Under the pieces are notes generated by a model. It had not been told where the DNA came from, did no database searches, and saw only the letters and a program-made list of their open reading frames with translations. A stretch of 64,000 bases of DNA from Myxococcota bacterium (lineage in GTDB: Bacteria > Myxococcota_A > UBA9160 > UBA4427): positions 1,371 through 65,370 of the forward strand of contig JAYZFK010000097.1 of assembly GCA_036336835.1 (NCBI GenBank). Direction: 5' to 3'. The position numbers and the translations under genes are program-made. Shown here piece after piece: positions 23,662-35,021 of this stretch (position 1 is the first letter of the stretch; each line of letters opens with the position of its first letter).

Positions 23662-24306
23662 TCAGCCTCCAGTTGATCCGTTCGGGCCAGATCCGTCCGA
23701 CTCGTCCTGTCCACCGACCCCAAGCTCTCGCTGTGCCATGACACGATCCACCAATCCGTATTCGACCGCCTCTGCTCCCGACATATAGTAGTCTCGCTCG
23801 GTGTCTCTCGCGATGCTCTCGATCTCCTGACCCGTGTGAGCGGCAAGGATCTGGTTCATCTCATCGCGCAGCTTGAGGATTTCCTGCGCCTGGATGTCAA
23901 TATCGGTCGCCTGGCCGCGCACACCGCCCGCCGGCTGATGAATCATGATTCGAGCATGCGCAAGCGCCGTGCGCTTGCCCGGCGCGCCGGCGGCAAGCAG
24001 CCACGCGCCCATCGAGGCCGCCATGCCCACGCACAGCGTTTCGACGTTCGGCCGCACGAACTGCATCGTGTCGTAGATCGCGAGCCCCGCCGTGACCGAA
24101 CCACCCGGCGAGTTGATGTAGAGATGGATGTCCTTGTCCGGATCCTCGGCCTCGAGGAACAACAGTTGGGCAACGATGACGTTTGCGACGTCGTCGCTGA
24201 TCTCGCTACCGACGAAGATGATCCGGTCGCGCAGCAACCGGGAGAAGATGTCGAAGCCGCGCTCGCCACGCGCGCTCTGCTCGATGACATAGGGGATCAA
24301 GGGCAT
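23662..24306 (-). CDS. clpP: ATP-dependent Clp protease proteolytic subunit ClpP
   Basis: The track ORF 23662..24459 is over-extended. ClpP begins at ATG 24306 ([25 protein letters not shown]). Catalytic context is [13 protein letters not shown] and IMIHQP. Confidence 0.95.
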   Translation of the reverse strand: MPLIPYVIEQSARGERGFDIFSRLLRDRIIFVGSEISDDVANVIVAQLLFLEAEDPDKDIHLYINSPGGSVTAGLAIYDTMQFVRPNVETLCVGMAASMGAWLLAAGAPGKRTALAHARIMIHQPAGGVRGQATDIDIQAQEILKLRDEMNQILAAHTGQEIESIARDTERDYYMSGAEAVEYGLVDRVMAQRELGVGGQDESDGSGPNGSTGG

Positions 24307-24485
24307 GTTGCTCGCTCCGCGCGCCGTTGGTTGCTGGCTTCCGCCACTCCGTACCCCAACCGCCATCGCCTGGGGACGCGGAGTGCGGGGACGCAGCTCA
24401 AGTGGATCGTACCGTGGGGGGAATGCAGCGGTGCGGCGCACTTCCATGTGTGCGCCCAATCGCTCAGAAAACCGTGCAACGACAC

Positions 24486-25802
24486 CTAAGTGTCCGTCGT
24501 CTCTTCGACACTAGCCCTCGAACCCAGGAAATCAAGCGCCGCAGCGTCGAGCAGCTCCGCCTCGATCGATTGTCTCCAACCCTGCTCCTCGGCGAACTTT
24601 CGCATCGTCGCGGAGTCCGTCCCCTGGGCCACTGCGAGCTCGTCGAGCCGGGCGTCGACCGCCTTCTCGTCCACCGAGAGCCCGTGCTCGTGCACGATGG
24701 CGTCGAGCAACAGCGATTCGCGAACGCGACGCTCCGCCCCCTCACGGCCGGTCTCGTGGATTCGAGCGAGCTCCGACTGCAATACGTCGTTTGCGACGCG
24801 ACCTTCGAACTGCTGGCGCATCGACTTGATCTGCGCGTGAAGCTGTCGCTCGACCAGGCCGGGCGGCACCTCGAAGTCGCTCCGCTCGATCAGCGCTTCC
24901 ATCAGGCTCCGCTGCAGCATCGACTTCGCCTGCTGCTCGGCGCGCTCCTCGAGCTGCCCGCGAAGCTTGCTGCGCAGCGCCTCCAGCGAGTCCTCCCCCA
25001 CATCTTTGGCAAACTCGTCATCGAGCGAGGCCAGCTCGAGCCGCTTCACCGCGCCGACAGTCACTGCGAATGTTGCATCCTTGCCGCGCAGCGCCTCGGC
25101 GCCATAGTCGTCGGGAAAAGTGACGGTGAGCTCGCGTTCTTCACCGCCAACCACACCGATGAGCTGCTCCTCGAAACCCGGGATCATGCGGTCCGAGCCG
25201 AGCTCGATGGGCAGACTGGCCGCACTCCCTCCGTCGAACGGCGTGCCGTCGATGCGTCCCTCGAAGTCGACCTCGACCGTGTCTCCGTCGCCGGCCACCT
25301 CTCCCTCGGGCACCTCCACCAACGGCGCGGAGTCGCGGCGCAGCTGCTCGAGCTGCTCGTCGACGGCGGACTCCTCGATCTCGACCTTCGGCTGCTTCCC
25401 GGGCAGGCCTTCGAGGTCCGGCAGCTCGATCGCGGGCTTCACCTCGACGCGGGCGGAGTAGCGAAACGGGCCATCGGCGACGGCGGGCTGCACGTCGATG
25501 TCGGGCTCGGTCACCGGCTGGACCGCGGCCAGCTCGAGCGCATCCGAGAGTGTCTCGGAGATCAGCGCGCGCTCCACCTCCTCGGCTGCGGCCGCGCCGT
25601 AGACGCGTTCGAGCACCTTGCGAGGGGCCTTTCCGCGGCGGAAGCCCTTGACCTGGGCACTCCGGGCAAGCTTCTCGTAGGTACGCTCGAACAGCTGGCT
25701 AACCCGAGCCTCCGGAACCTCGACGCTGACGGTCCGAATGACGGAGCTGTCCTCGACCGTGTCGACGCGGAGCTGGGACTCTGCGGCGCTGGCTTCGCCC
25801 AT
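24486..25802 (-). CDS. tig: Trigger factor
   Basis: 438 aa. The ribosome-binding signature [14 protein letters not shown] lies near the N-terminus, and a central FKBP-type region is present. The tig-clpP-clpX-lon order is classical. Confidence 0.93.
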   Translation of the reverse strand: MGEASAAESQLRVDTVEDSSVIRTVSVEVPEARVSQLFERTYEKLARSAQVKGFRRGKAPRKVLERVYGAAAAEEVERALISETLSDALELAAVQPVTEPDIDVQPAVADGPFRYSARVEVKPAIELPDLEGLPGKQPKVEIEESAVDEQLEQLRRDSAPLVEVPEGEVAGDGDTVEVDFEGRIDGTPFDGGSAASLPIELGSDRMIPGFEEQLIGVVGGEERELTVTFPDDYGAEALRGKDATFAVTVGAVKRLELASLDDEFAKDVGEDSLEALRSKLRGQLEERAEQQAKSMLQRSLMEALIERSDFEVPPGLVERQLHAQIKSMRQQFEGRVANDVLQSELARIHETGREGAERRVRESLLLDAIVHEHGLSVDEKAVDARLDELAVAQGTDSATMRKFAEEQGWRQSIEAELLDAAALDFLGSRASVEETTDT

Positions 25803-25917
25803 CGAGACTCCTCACATGAGATAAGGAAGCGATCGGCAACGGTAGCCGGGCACCGCGCCCCGCGCAGCGAACCCCCGCGGGGCAGAGCTTGTACGGGAGC
25901 CTGGACGAGACCTCGGT

Positions 25918-26004
25918 GGTGCCGGGGACAGGGATCGAACCTGCACGCCCGATCGGGCGGTGGCTCCTAAGGCCACTGCGTCTACCAGTTCCGCCACCCC
26001 GGCG
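25918..26004 (-). tRNA. tRNA-Leu (anticodon TAG)
   Basis: The reverse complement is GCCGGGG TG GCGGAACTGGTAGACGC A GTGGC CTTAGGA GCCAC + long variable arm CGCCCGATCGGGCGT + GCAGG TTCGATC CCTGT CCCCGGC A CCA. This is a class II tRNA, 87 nt. Confidence 0.9.
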
Positions 26005-26063
26005 CGACGACATGATCGGCCGCGCGCGCACGCTGCGCAATCGAGGCGGCGTCGCCCGTCGTC

Positions 26064-27458
26064 TCAGCCGCTCAGCCGCGCTCGGTCCGGGATCGCCACC
26101 GGCTCGGCACGATCGTTGACCAGCGCCACATCGCCCTCGATCACCACACCGCGGCCAAACGCGTGGTCGCCGCTCACGCGCAGGGAGTGGCAGCAGCGCA
26201 GCGACGGCACGCCGTGCGGAACGCGCTCGAGAAAGTGGTCGACGCGCCGGTAGAAACGATCGTCGAGCTCGATCACGAGGTCCGCCGCGGTGTCCGGGTG
26301 CCGCACCACCCGTCGATCGTCGGTCAATACATAGGCGTCCGACATCACCGCGAGCAGATCGCTCGTGGTCTTGACCGGAGCAAAGCGGGTGCGGGGGACG
26401 TTCAGTGCGCGCGCACCCTGGAACACACCGATCGCCGCGCCCATCGCGGTCTCGAGCTGGATTGCCAGCGGCGAGGCTGCATCGAGTGGGTCGCAGCGCT
26501 TCTCGTTGCGGATCATCGGCAGGCCGAGCACGAAGGCGCGACTCTCGAGCGTGCGCTGCAGGGCCTCGAGGTCGAGCCACAGATTGTTCGTGTTGAAGAA
26601 GCGGTGTCGCTCGATGTCCTGGAACGCCGCGGTGTCCACCTCCGAACACTGCCCCGCCTCGCGCAGGATCAGCCCGCCGTCGGATCGGCGCAGCGCGAGG
26701 TGGCCGCCCTTGCGATCGGCCGCCGTCCGCTCGGTCACCTCCATGACGAAGGGCAGCCCTTCGCTCACCATCCAGCCCAGGATCCGCAGCTCGAGCGTGG
26801 CACCCAGGTTGTCGGAATTCGACACGAAGGCGTAGCGCACGCCGGCCCCGCGCAGCGCGTCGAGCGCGCCCGACGTGACGAGAGCGGTATACAGATCGCC
26901 GTGCCCGGGCGGGCACCACTCGTGGAGCGGGTTCGGCTCCCAGGCCAGTGGACGCAGGCTGGCCGCGTCGATTCGCGGAATCCGGTGCTGCATGAAGTCG
27001 AGCGGCAACCCCGCGATCGCGAGGGGGTGACGAGCGAGCGCCTCGAGCGAATCGTCGCGTGTGCGGAAACTGTTCATCAACAGCAGCGGTACCGGACAGC
27101 TGTTTTCTTCCCGCAGAGCCAATACCTGCTCAGCGCTCGCGTCGAGGAAGCTCAGCCCGGGCTTGATCTCGAGCAGCGACTTCGCCCGGGTCATGCCCAT
27201 CGAGGTGGCAAGACCACCGTTGAGCTTGATCACGGCGGCGTGGGCGAGCGCCTCGCGACCCGCCGCCGCGAAGTCCTGGAGTGCGTCGAGCTCCGCCAGC
27301 CCCCTCGCCGGCTCGATCTCGGACTCGTCGATCAGCCCAGACGCGCCGCCGAGTAGCTGTTCGAAATAGTGGCGGAAGGTGTCGATCGCGAGGCGGGGAA
27401 GATCCGCGTCCCGCATCTTGCGCTCGAAGGCGTCGAACGCCGCGCTCTCCGCCGTCAC
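26064..27458 (-). CDS. UTP--glucose-1-phosphate uridylyltransferase, UDPGP (eukaryote-type) family
   Basis: 464 aa. IKLNGGLATSMGMTRAKSLLEIK is the UDPGP nucleotide-binding loop. NSDNLGA and FNTNNLW also match that family. It is not the short GalU type. Confidence 0.8.
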   Translation of the reverse strand: MTAESAAFDAFERKMRDADLPRLAIDTFRHYFEQLLGGASGLIDESEIEPARGLAELDALQDFAAAGREALAHAAVIKLNGGLATSMGMTRAKSLLEIKPGLSFLDASAEQVLALREENSCPVPLLLMNSFRTRDDSLEALARHPLAIAGLPLDFMQHRIPRIDAASLRPLAWEPNPLHEWCPPGHGDLYTALVTSGALDALRGAGVRYAFVSNSDNLGATLELRILGWMVSEGLPFVMEVTERTAADRKGGHLALRRSDGGLILREAGQCSEVDTAAFQDIERHRFFNTNNLWLDLEALQRTLESRAFVLGLPMIRNEKRCDPLDAASPLAIQLETAMGAAIGVFQGARALNVPRTRFAPVKTTSDLLAVMSDAYVLTDDRRVVRHPDTAADLVIELDDRFYRRVDHFLERVPHGVPSLRCCHSLRVSGDHAFGRGVVIEGDVALVNDRAEPVAIPDRARLSG

Positions 27459-27463
27459 GGGCT

Positions 27464-28771
27464 TCAGAGGTTCCCGACCTCGAGCTCTAGCACGTGGGCA
27501 AAGCGTTCGCGCGCCGCTGCGACGCGCTCCGGCAGATGCTCGCTCGGGAACAGCCCCGGCGAGGGCTCGTAGTCCTTGAGCGCCTGCCGCGCGATCGTCA
27601 CCTTGTGAACCTCGGTCGGTCCATCGGCGATTCCCATGATCGGCGCCTGCATCCAGATGCGCGCGAAGGGCATCTCATTCGACACACCGAGCGCACCGTG
27701 CGTGTGCATCGCGCGCCACACCACGTCCTTGAGGATCTTCGGCGTCGCGACCTTCACTCCCGCGATCTCGGCGCGCGCTGCCTGACCACCGCGCTGATCG
27801 ATCACCCACGCCGCGTGCAGCACCTGCAGCCGGAACTGCAGGATCTCGATCCACGAGTCGGCGATGTAGCCCTGCACGAACTGCTTCTTCGAGAGCGGCC
27901 CCCCCTGCGTCGTGCGCGACAGCACCCGCTCGCACATCATGTCGAAGCAGCGCTGGACGATGCCGATGCTGCGCATCGCGTGATGGATTCGTCCACCGCC
28001 GAGCCGCGTCTGTGCGATCTTGAACGCCTGGCCCGCGCCACCGAGCAGGTTGGCTGCGGGCACGCGCACCTTGTCGTACTTGACATAGGCGTGGTCGCCG
28101 CCTTGGCCGAGCGGCTCGGAGCCCAGACCCGTGTGGCGGATCACGTCGATCCCCGGTGTGTCCGCGGGCACCAGAAACATCGACGCGCCTTGATAGACCG
28201 GCACGTCCGGGTCGGTGATCGCCATGACGATGATGAACGACGCAAAACGAAGGTTCGACGAGAACCACTTCTCGCCGTCGATCACCCACTCGTCGCCCTC
28301 CTTCCAGGCGCGGCAGACGAACTCCTGGGGGTCGGATCCCGCCTGCGGCTCGGTCATCGAGTAGCAGGAGCGGATCTCGCCGTTGAGCAACGGCTCGAGG
28401 TATCGCTCCTTCTGGGCGTCCGTCCCGTAGTGGGCCAGGATCTCTGCGTTGCCCGAGTCGGGCGCCTGGCAGCCAAAGACCGACGGCGCCCAGGAGGAGC
28501 GCCCGAGGATCTCGTTCATCAGCCCGAGCTTGACCTGGCCGTAGCCGAGGCCGCCGAGCTCGGGATCCAGGTGACACGCCCAGAGATCCTGCGCCTTGAC
28601 CTGCTCCTGGAGCGGCCGGATGACTTCCTTGTGGACGGGGTGGGTCGTGTCGTAGACCGCGTCCTCATCACTGAAGGCGAGATCGATCGGCTCGATCTCC
28701 TGGATCACGAACTCGCGGATCCAGTCCAGCTTCTGCTGAAATTCGGGCTCGGCGCTGAAGTCCCAGGCCAT
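27464..28771 (-). CDS. Acyl-CoA dehydrogenase family protein
   Basis: The track ORF 27464..29704 is over-extended through the antisense of the SDR gene. The ACAD begins at ATG 28771 (MAWDFSAEPEFQQKLDWIREFV). Motifs are CYSMTEPQAGSDP, DGEKWFSSN and IADGPTEVHK. Confidence 0.9.
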   Translation of the reverse strand: MAWDFSAEPEFQQKLDWIREFVIQEIEPIDLAFSDEDAVYDTTHPVHKEVIRPLQEQVKAQDLWACHLDPELGGLGYGQVKLGLMNEILGRSSWAPSVFGCQAPDSGNAEILAHYGTDAQKERYLEPLLNGEIRSCYSMTEPQAGSDPQEFVCRAWKEGDEWVIDGEKWFSSNLRFASFIIVMAITDPDVPVYQGASMFLVPADTPGIDVIRHTGLGSEPLGQGGDHAYVKYDKVRVPAANLLGGAGQAFKIAQTRLGGGRIHHAMRSIGIVQRCFDMMCERVLSRTTQGGPLSKKQFVQGYIADSWIEILQFRLQVLHAAWVIDQRGGQAARAEIAGVKVATPKILKDVVWRAMHTHGALGVSNEMPFARIWMQAPIMGIADGPTEVHKVTIARQALKDYEPSPGLFPSEHLPERVAAARERFAHVLELEVGNL

Positions 28772-28885
28772 CGCTCGCCACCTCGCGTCTCGGGAAACCG
28801 CTCGCATTCTAACCCGTCTCGAGGCACCCGCTGGACACCGCGGCGCACAGCGTGATTCACTGCTCGACCTCGACCGGGAGGACGC

Positions 28886-29665
28886 ATGACACGTCAGAGT
28901 CAGCTCAGTCGTTCGGTAGCGGGCAAGGTCGTCTTCATCACCGGTGCGGCCAGCGGGATGGGACGCGCCAGCGCCGAGCTGTTTGCCGACGAGGGCGCGC
29001 GCGTGGCCGTCACCGACATCGACTCGGGTGGCGCCGAGCAGGTGGCAGCGGGCATCCGCGCGGCGGGTGGCGAGGCGCGCGCCTGGGCGCTGGACGTCGC
29101 CGACGGCGAGGCGATCCAGCGCGGCGTCGCCGCGTGTGCGGACCAGTTCGGCGGACTCGACGTGCTCGTCAACAACGCGGGAATCGCAATCGGTGCCGGC
29201 CTCGACGCCGCGGACTACGACGAGATCTGGGCCCGCTCCCTCGATGTGATGCTGACCGCGCACCAGCGGCTCGTGCGCGCCGCCCTGCCCTGGCTGCGCC
29301 GGGGGGGCGAGGGCCGCATCATCAACATCGCCTCGACGGAGGCGCTCGGGGCCTCGGCCGGAACCGCTCCGTACACGGTCGCCAAGCACGGTGTCGTGGG
29401 ATTCACTCGCGCGCTCGCCCTCGAGCTCTCGAAGGAAGGCATCACCGCGAACTGCATCTGCCCGGGTCCCATCCTCACGGGGATGACGCAGGTGATTCCG
29501 TCGGCGGCGCGCGACAAGTTCGCCCGGCGGCGCGTTCCGATCCGCCGCTACGGCGTGCCGGAGGAGGTCGCACACATGGTGCTGAACCTGGCACTCCCGG
29601 CGTCTTCCTACGTGACCGGAGCCACCATCCCGGTCGACGGCGGCTTGACGATCCAGAACACCTGA
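28886..29665 (+). CDS. SDR family NAD(P)-dependent oxidoreductase
   Basis: 259 aa. Motifs are VFITGAASGMGRA (TGxxxGxG), NNAGI, and YTVAKHGVVGFTRALA (YxxxK). GGGAGGA precedes the ATG. Confidence 0.9.
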   Translation: MTRQSQLSRSVAGKVVFITGAASGMGRASAELFADEGARVAVTDIDSGGAEQVAAGIRAAGGEARAWALDVADGEAIQRGVAACADQFGGLDVLVNNAGIAIGAGLDAADYDEIWARSLDVMLTAHQRLVRAALPWLRRGGEGRIINIASTEALGASAGTAPYTVAKHGVVGFTRALALELSKEGITANCICPGPILTGMTQVIPSAARDKFARRRVPIRRYGVPEEVAHMVLNLALPASSYVTGATIPVDGGLTIQNT

Positions 29666-29707
29666 ACGGCGCGCAGCGAACGCTGCGAAGCCCGGAAAGA
29701 CCACGAA

Positions 29708-29783
29708 TGGTGAGCGCGCGGGGGTTCGAACCCCGGACCTAGGGATTAAGAGTCCCTTGCTCTGCCAGCTGAGCTACGCGCCC
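29708..29783 (-). tRNA. tRNA-Lys (anticodon CTT)
   Basis: The reverse complement folds as GGGCGCG TA GCTC AGCTGGCA GAGC A AGGGA CTCTTAA TCCCT AGGTC CGGGG TTCGAAC CCCCG CGCGCTC A CCA. There is one G-U pair in the acceptor stem. Confidence 0.9.
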
Positions 29784-29847
29784 GGGCTCACCTTAGCCCG
29801 CAGTATCCGGGGTGCAAGCACGACAGTGCGATTCGGGAGCGGCCGCA

Positions 29848-32800
29848 TCACCGTGCGGGCCGGCCGTAGCCGCCGCCGCCAGGGGTTTCGATCACCAGCT
29901 CGTCACCCGCCGCGAGCTCGATCGAACCGCTCGAGCCGAGTTGCTCCGGCTCGCCGCCACCGCGAATCACTCGGTTGAGACCTGGAAGCCCGGCGTCTCC
30001 GCCCGCCAGTCCCCAGGGAGCGACCGCCCGCCGCTCGGTGAGCCAGCTCGCGGTGATCGGAGCGGCGAAGCGGTAGCGGCGCACCAGACCGTCGCCACCG
30101 CGGTGCGCCCCCTGCCCTCCCGAGCCCTCTCGCAACGCGAAGCACTCGAGACGCACCGGGTAGCGCGATTCGAGCACCTCGGGGTCGGTGATGCGCGTGT
30201 TGGTCATGTGCGTGTGGACACCGGAGGCACCGTCCCAGCTGGGGCCGGCGCCGGCGCCACCGCCGATCGTCTCGTAGTAGCCGAAGCTCTCGTCGCCGAA
30301 GGTCACGTTGTTCATCGTGCCCTGGCTGGCAGCAGCTCGACCCAGCGCGCCGAGCAGGACGTCGACCACGCGTTGCGAAGTCTCGACGTTGCCGCCGGCC
30401 ACCGCGGCGCCGCGCGGTGGGTCGAGCAGCGAGCCGGGCGGGATCTCGATCTCGACGGGCTCGAGGCAGCCCCCGTTGAGCGGAATGCGTTCGGCGACCA
30501 GCGTGCGCAGTACGTACAGCACGGCCGCCTGCACCACCGCGCGCGGAGCATTCAGGTTGCCCGCAACCGCCGCTCCGGTACCCGCAAAGTCGATCCGCAT
30601 CCGCTCGCCGTCCACCTCGAGCGCGACGCAGACCGGCGTGCCGTCATCGAGCTGATCCTCGAAGCGATGCATCCCGTCGGCCAGCCGCCCGATCTCGCGC
30701 GCGACCTTCGCTGCCGCAGTGCGCTGCAGCGCGGCCATGGTCGCCGTCACCGACGCCACGCTCTGCTCGCGCACGAACGCCACGAGCTGAGCGACACCCG
30801 CCTCGTTGGCCGCGAGCATCGCCTCGAGATCGGCGACGTTGTCGTCGGGCCGACGCGCCGGATACCGCCCGTGCGCGAGCCGCTCGCGCAACCCCGCCTC
30901 GTCGAAGCGACCGGCCCGCACCACCCGGAACGGCTCGAGTACCACGCCCTCTTCTTCGAGCGCGACCGAATCCGGCGGCATCGAGCCCGGCGTGCGGCCG
31001 CCGATGTCGGCGTGGTGCCCGCGGCTCGCCACGAAGAACGCCGGCCGCCGCTCGTCCGTCCCGGACAGGAAGACCGGCGTGGTCACCGTCACGTCGGGCA
31101 GGTGCGAGCCGCCCTCGAACGGGTCGTTGGTCGCCACGGCGTCGCCCGGCTCGAGCTCGTCGCCAAAGCGCTCGAGCGTGCAGCGCACCGTCTCGCCCAT
31201 TGCGCCGAGGTGCACGGGGATGTGCGGCGCGTTCGCGACCAGGCCGCCCGCCGCGTCGAACACGGCGCACGAGTAGTCCAGCCGCTCCTTGATGTTCGTC
31301 GAGATCGCCGTCTTGCGCAGCACGGCCCCCATCTGCTCCGCGATCGACATGAAGCGGCTGCCGAACACCTCGAGGCGCACCGGATCGTCCGCAGCGATCG
31401 CCGGGCGTGCGGCCACGTTGCTGCCGCGCTCCGGCTGTCGCGTCAGGCGCAGCAGCCCGCTCGCCTCGACACAGGCGAGAAACCCCGGATCGAGGACCAG
31501 GGTGCCGGTGTCCTCGAGGACCAGCGCCGGGCCTTCGAGCTGCTGTCCGGCGGCCAGCAGCCCCCGGTCGTAAACGGGTGTCTCGCACCAGCCGCGTCCG
31601 TTGAACCACACGCGCTCGGCGCGCAGCGGCTCGCCTGCGGCACCCGACTCGACGGGCGTCGCTGTCGCGTTCCACTCCGGCGCGCTCGCCACGGCGCGCA
31701 CACGCGCGGTCGCGATCTCGATTGCGTGCTGCGGCCGCGCGTAGCCGAAGCGCCGGCGGTGCTCGGCCTCGAAGGCCATGCGCCAGGCGCTCGGCGCTGC
31801 CACGGCTGCGGGCTCGACGATCGCGAGCGCCGCATCCGTGCCCCGATAGCGCAGGTCGAGCCTCCACTCGCAGACGACGCTCGCCGGCGCGACACCTTCG
31901 CCGGCGAGTGAGGCGCGGCCTTCGCGCTCCAGCGCGGCGCGTGCGCGAGCCACCTCGCCGGGCAGCTCCAAGCCCGCGAGCTCGACGCGTCCGGCGTCGC
32001 GCTGCCCGTCCCAGGTCGCCGGCGCGCTCCCGATCCCGTACGCAGACAGCAGGCCGGCGAACGGATGCAGCAACACCTCGCGGATCCCGAGCAGCGTCGC
32101 GATCGCGCAGGCGTGCTGGCCGGCGGCTCCGCCGAAGGCCACCAGCGCACAGTCGCGCGGGTCGACCCCGCGGGCGACCGAGACTTCGGCGATCGCCTGG
32201 GCCATGTGGGCGTTCGCGACCTCGACGAAGCCCGCGGCCAGCTCCTCGGGCGTGCGGCTGAATCCGGCGCGCGCGAGCGCCACGCATTCGTGCGCGAGTG
32301 CCCGATCCACGACCGCACGGTCGAGCGAGAAGGCGAAGCGATCGGGCTGGACCCGACCGAGTGCCGCGTTCGCATCGGTGAGCGCAACCCGCTCTGCCAC
32401 GCGGCGGCCGGCTTCGTCGCAACGGCCGTAGCACAGCGGCCCGGGCCAGGCGCCGGCGCTCTCGGGACCGACCGTGAGCGAAAAGCCGTCGAAGCCACAC
32501 AGCGAGCCGCCGCCAGCCGCGACCGTGTGGATCCGCAGCATCGGCGCCTTCACGCGCACACCGCCGATCACGGTCTCGAAGGCCCGCTCGACCTCGCCGT
32601 CCACGATCAACGACACGTCGGTCGAGGTACCGCCCATGTCGAAGCTGATGGCGCGCTCGAAGCCCGCTTCGTGCGCGATCCGGGCGGCAGCAGCGACCCC
32701 GCCCGCCGGTCCCGAGAGCAGCGCGTTGGGGCCACGAAAACGATTGACCGTCGTCAGCCCACCCGACGACTGCATGAAGCGCAGCCGTGCGCCCGGCAGG

Positions 32801-33477
32801 TGCGTGGCCAGCTCGTCGACGTGACGCCGCAGCAGCGGTGTCAGATAGGCATCCGCAGTGGCGGTCTCCCCGCGCGCGAGCAGTCCCTGCTCGTTGGCGA
32901 TCTCATGGGAGGCCACGACGAACTCGAAGCCGGCTTCTCGCGCCAGGGTCGCGCAGCGCTGCTCGAGCTCGGGATCGAGCGTGGCGTGGATCAGCGCGAC
33001 CGCAAGCGAGCGGGCTCCGCTCTCGCGGGCCCGGGCGAGGGCCGCGCGCACCGAATCGGCATCGAAGGGCTCCACGCTCGCGCCGTCCGCGCCGATGCGG
33101 CCTGGAATCTCGACCGTGGGGGCGTGGAGCGGCGCGGCGCGCTCGATCGCGAGCTCGAACAGCTCGGGGCGCTGCTGGGTGCCGATCTCGAAGACGTCGC
33201 CGAGCCCGCGATTGGCAACCAGTGCAGTCGGCACCCCGCGCCGCTCGAGCAGGGCATTGGTGGCGACCGTCGAGCCCAGCTTGATCGAACAGTCGCGCGT
33301 CGCAGCGCCGGCGTCGGGCTCGCCAGCCGCCGCCAGGATGCGCCGCACCCCGTCCACCGGTGCCATATCCGAGGACAGAATTTTCGCTTGATGCACCGTA
33401 CCTTGCGGGTCGATTCCAATGCAGTCTGTGAAGCTTCCCCCGCGGTCGATCCAGAACTCCCAGTGGCGCCGGCTCAC
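29848..33477 (-). CDS. Fused hydantoinase A/B family protein, 5-oxoprolinase (ATP-hydrolysing)-like
   Basis: The track ORF 29848..34284 is over-extended into murJ. The real N-terminus is V(M)[20 protein letters not shown], from GTG 33477, which overlaps the murJ TGA (GTGA). The HyuA part carries [12 protein letters not shown]. The HyuB part carries [15 protein letters not shown] and [13 protein letters not shown]. Total length is 1209 aa. Confidence 0.88.
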   Translation of the reverse strand: MSRRHWEFWIDRGGSFTDCIGIDPQGTVHQAKILSSDMAPVDGVRRILAAAGEPDAGAATRDCSIKLGSTVATNALLERRGVPTALVANRGLGDVFEIGTQQRPELFELAIERAAPLHAPTVEIPGRIGADGASVEPFDADSVRAALARARESGARSLAVALIHATLDPELEQRCATLAREAGFEFVVASHEIANEQGLLARGETATADAYLTPLLRRHVDELATHLPGARLRFMQSSGGLTTVNRFRGPNALLSGPAGGVAAAARIAHEAGFERAISFDMGGTSTDVSLIVDGEVERAFETVIGGVRVKAPMLRIHTVAAGGGSLCGFDGFSLTVGPESAGAWPGPLCYGRCDEAGRRVAERVALTDANAALGRVQPDRFAFSLDRAVVDRALAHECVALARAGFSRTPEELAAGFVEVANAHMAQAIAEVSVARGVDPRDCALVAFGGAAGQHACAIATLLGIREVLLHPFAGLLSAYGIGSAPATWDGQRDAGRVELAGLELPGEVARARAALEREGRASLAGEGVAPASVVCEWRLDLRYRGTDAALAIVEPAAVAAPSAWRMAFEAEHRRRFGYARPQHAIEIATARVRAVASAPEWNATATPVESGAAGEPLRAERVWFNGRGWCETPVYDRGLLAAGQQLEGPALVLEDTGTLVLDPGFLACVEASGLLRLTRQPERGSNVAARPAIAADDPVRLEVFGSRFMSIAEQMGAVLRKTAISTNIKERLDYSCAVFDAAGGLVANAPHIPVHLGAMGETVRCTLERFGDELEPGDAVATNDPFEGGSHLPDVTVTTPVFLSGTDERRPAFFVASRGHHADIGGRTPGSMPPDSVALEEEGVVLEPFRVVRAGRFDEAGLRERLAHGRYPARRPDDNVADLEAMLAANEAGVAQLVAFVREQSVASVTATMAALQRTAAAKVAREIGRLADGMHRFEDQLDDGTPVCVALEVDGERMRIDFAGTGAAVAGNLNAPRAVVQAAVLYVLRTLVAERIPLNGGCLEPVEIEIPPGSLLDPPRGAAVAGGNVETSQRVVDVLLGALGRAAASQGTMNNVTFGDESFGYYETIGGGAGAGPSWDGASGVHTHMTNTRITDPEVLESRYPVRLECFALREGSGGQGAHRGGDGLVRRYRFAAPITASWLTERRAVAPWGLAGGDAGLPGLNRVIRGGGEPEQLGSSGSIELAAGDELVIETPGGGGYGRPAR

Positions 33478-35021
33478 CGTCCGATCCGCCGCAGCACGCG
33501 CGCCGCGCTCTCGCGGGTGGCGGTGTCGGCCAGGAAGACGACTCCGAGTCCGGCGACGGCCGCGAACACCAGCGCCCCGACCCCGAGCTCGAGCGCGGCA
33601 GCGGCCTTGTCGACCGCTGCCGGGGAGAGCACGCGTTGCGCCGCGACCGCCGCAACCGCCGCGACCGCGCCGATCAGCGCGGCGCGCGCGAACGCGTCCG
33701 CGATCGGCCGGAGTGGGGGCCCGCCAAAGCGCGCCCGGGCCCAGCCGAGCGTCGCCAGCGCGTTGACCGCCATGGCGATGGCGCCCGCGGCGGCAAGGCC
33801 CTCGGCGCCGTCGCGCTCGCCCAGCGCCACGTAGAGCGGAAGCGCGGCCAGCACCACGCCGGTCCCGAGCAGCATGGCACGCCACATCTCCTCGCGCGCG
33901 TAGAAGGCGCGCACACCGACCTGCTGCGCGACCCAGCCGGGGATGGCGAAGCTCATCACGCTCAGCACGCTGGCGGTTCGCGCGGCCGCTTCGGCGTCGA
34001 ACGCGCCGTGGTGGTAGACCAGCTCGACGACCGGGCCTGCGAACACGAACACGAAGGCGGCCGCGAGCGTGCCGAGCCCGAGGGCGGCGCGCAGCGCGCT
34101 GCCGAGCATCGCGTCCAGCTCCCCGCTCCTGCCCTCGGCCCAGAACCGGGTGAGGGACGGCAGCGCCGCTACGCCGATCGCCTGCCCGACCACAGCGATC
34201 GGCGCCTGCACCAGTCTGCGCGCAAACCCCAGGTACGCCACGACACCGACGCCCACCGCCTGGCCGAAGTACTTCTCGTACCACTCATCGACGGTGGTGA
34301 GCGAGAGCCCCAGCATGAGCGGCAGCGCGAGCCAGAGATAGGCGCGCAGCTCGGGAGCGAACGGCTCGATGCGGAAAGCGACGCGCTGAGTGCGCCGCAG
34401 GTCGAGCACGGGCAGCAGGAACGGGCCGAGAAAGGCCCCAACGAGCGCGCCCCAGGCAAAGCCCTCCGGCGTCCCCGTGGCGAGGCCCCCGACCACGATG
34501 CCGAGGTTGTAGACGATGGGCGCAAGGGCGTGCGTCGCGAACCGCCCCTCGACCATCAGCACCGCGCGCACGATGCCGCCCACCACGAAGAAGATCTGGG
34601 CGGGCAGCAGGATCCGCGTCAGCTCGACGGTGAGCTGCTGGGTAGTGGGATCGAAGTGCTCGAAGATGCGTGGGACCCAGTCCCCGGCAACTGCGTACAG
34701 TCCGACGGTCGCCGCGACGGCGAGCGCCCCGGTCGTCCCGAGAACGACCTCGAACAGGCGCTGGGCAGCCTCGTCGCCACGCTCGCCGCGCTCGCGGGTG
34801 TAGAACGGTACGAATGCGATCGTGAGCGCCCCGCCGGCGAGCAGATAGTTCAGCACGTCGGGAATCTGGAACGCCGCGTAGTAGGCGTCCGTCCTGGCCC
34901 CGGCTCCGAGCTGATCGGCGAGGATGATCTCGCGCACGTAGCCCACCACCCGAGACAGCGCGACGCTCGCTCCCAGCAACACGGCGATCGCGCCGACGCG
35001 AGGGCGCGCTGCGTCGCTCAC
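33474..35021 (-). CDS. murJ: Lipid II flippase MurJ (MOP/MVF family)
   Basis: The track ORF 33474..35765 is over-extended. The start is GTG 35021 (V(M)SDAARPRVGAIAVLLGASVALSRVVGYVREIILADQLGAGARTDAYYAAFQIPDVLNYLL, a typical MurJ N-terminus). It overlaps the upstream TGA (GTGA). 515 aa, polytopic. Confidence 0.88.
   Translation of the reverse strand: MSDAARPRVGAIAVLLGASVALSRVVGYVREIILADQLGAGARTDAYYAAFQIPDVLNYLLAGGALTIAFVPFYTRERGERGDEAAQRLFEVVLGTTGALAVAATVGLYAVAGDWVPRIFEHFDPTTQQLTVELTRILLPAQIFFVVGGIVRAVLMVEGRFATHALAPIVYNLGIVVGGLATGTPEGFAWGALVGAFLGPFLLPVLDLRRTQRVAFRIEPFAPELRAYLWLALPLMLGLSLTTVDEWYEKYFGQAVGVGVVAYLGFARRLVQAPIAVVGQAIGVAALPSLTRFWAEGRSGELDAMLGSALRAALGLGTLAAAFVFVFAGPVVELVYHHGAFDAEAAARTASVLSVMSFAIPGWVAQQVGVRAFYAREEMWRAMLLGTGVVLAALPLYVALGERDGAEGLAAAGAIAMAVNALATLGWARARFGGPPLRPIADAFARAALIGAVAAVAAVAAQRVLSPAAVDKAAAALELGVGALVFAAVAGLGVVFLADTATRESAARVLRRIGR

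Noticed and set aside
29708-29783. A functional link between tRNA-Lys(CTT) and the adjacent KamA (lysine aminomutase-like) operon, for example a tRNA-dependent beta-lysine transfer.
   Set aside because: The evidence is adjacency only. tRNA genes are scattered throughout this window next to unrelated genes, and no aminoacyl-tRNA-dependent transferase (Fem/GNAT or LysRS paralog) is present.
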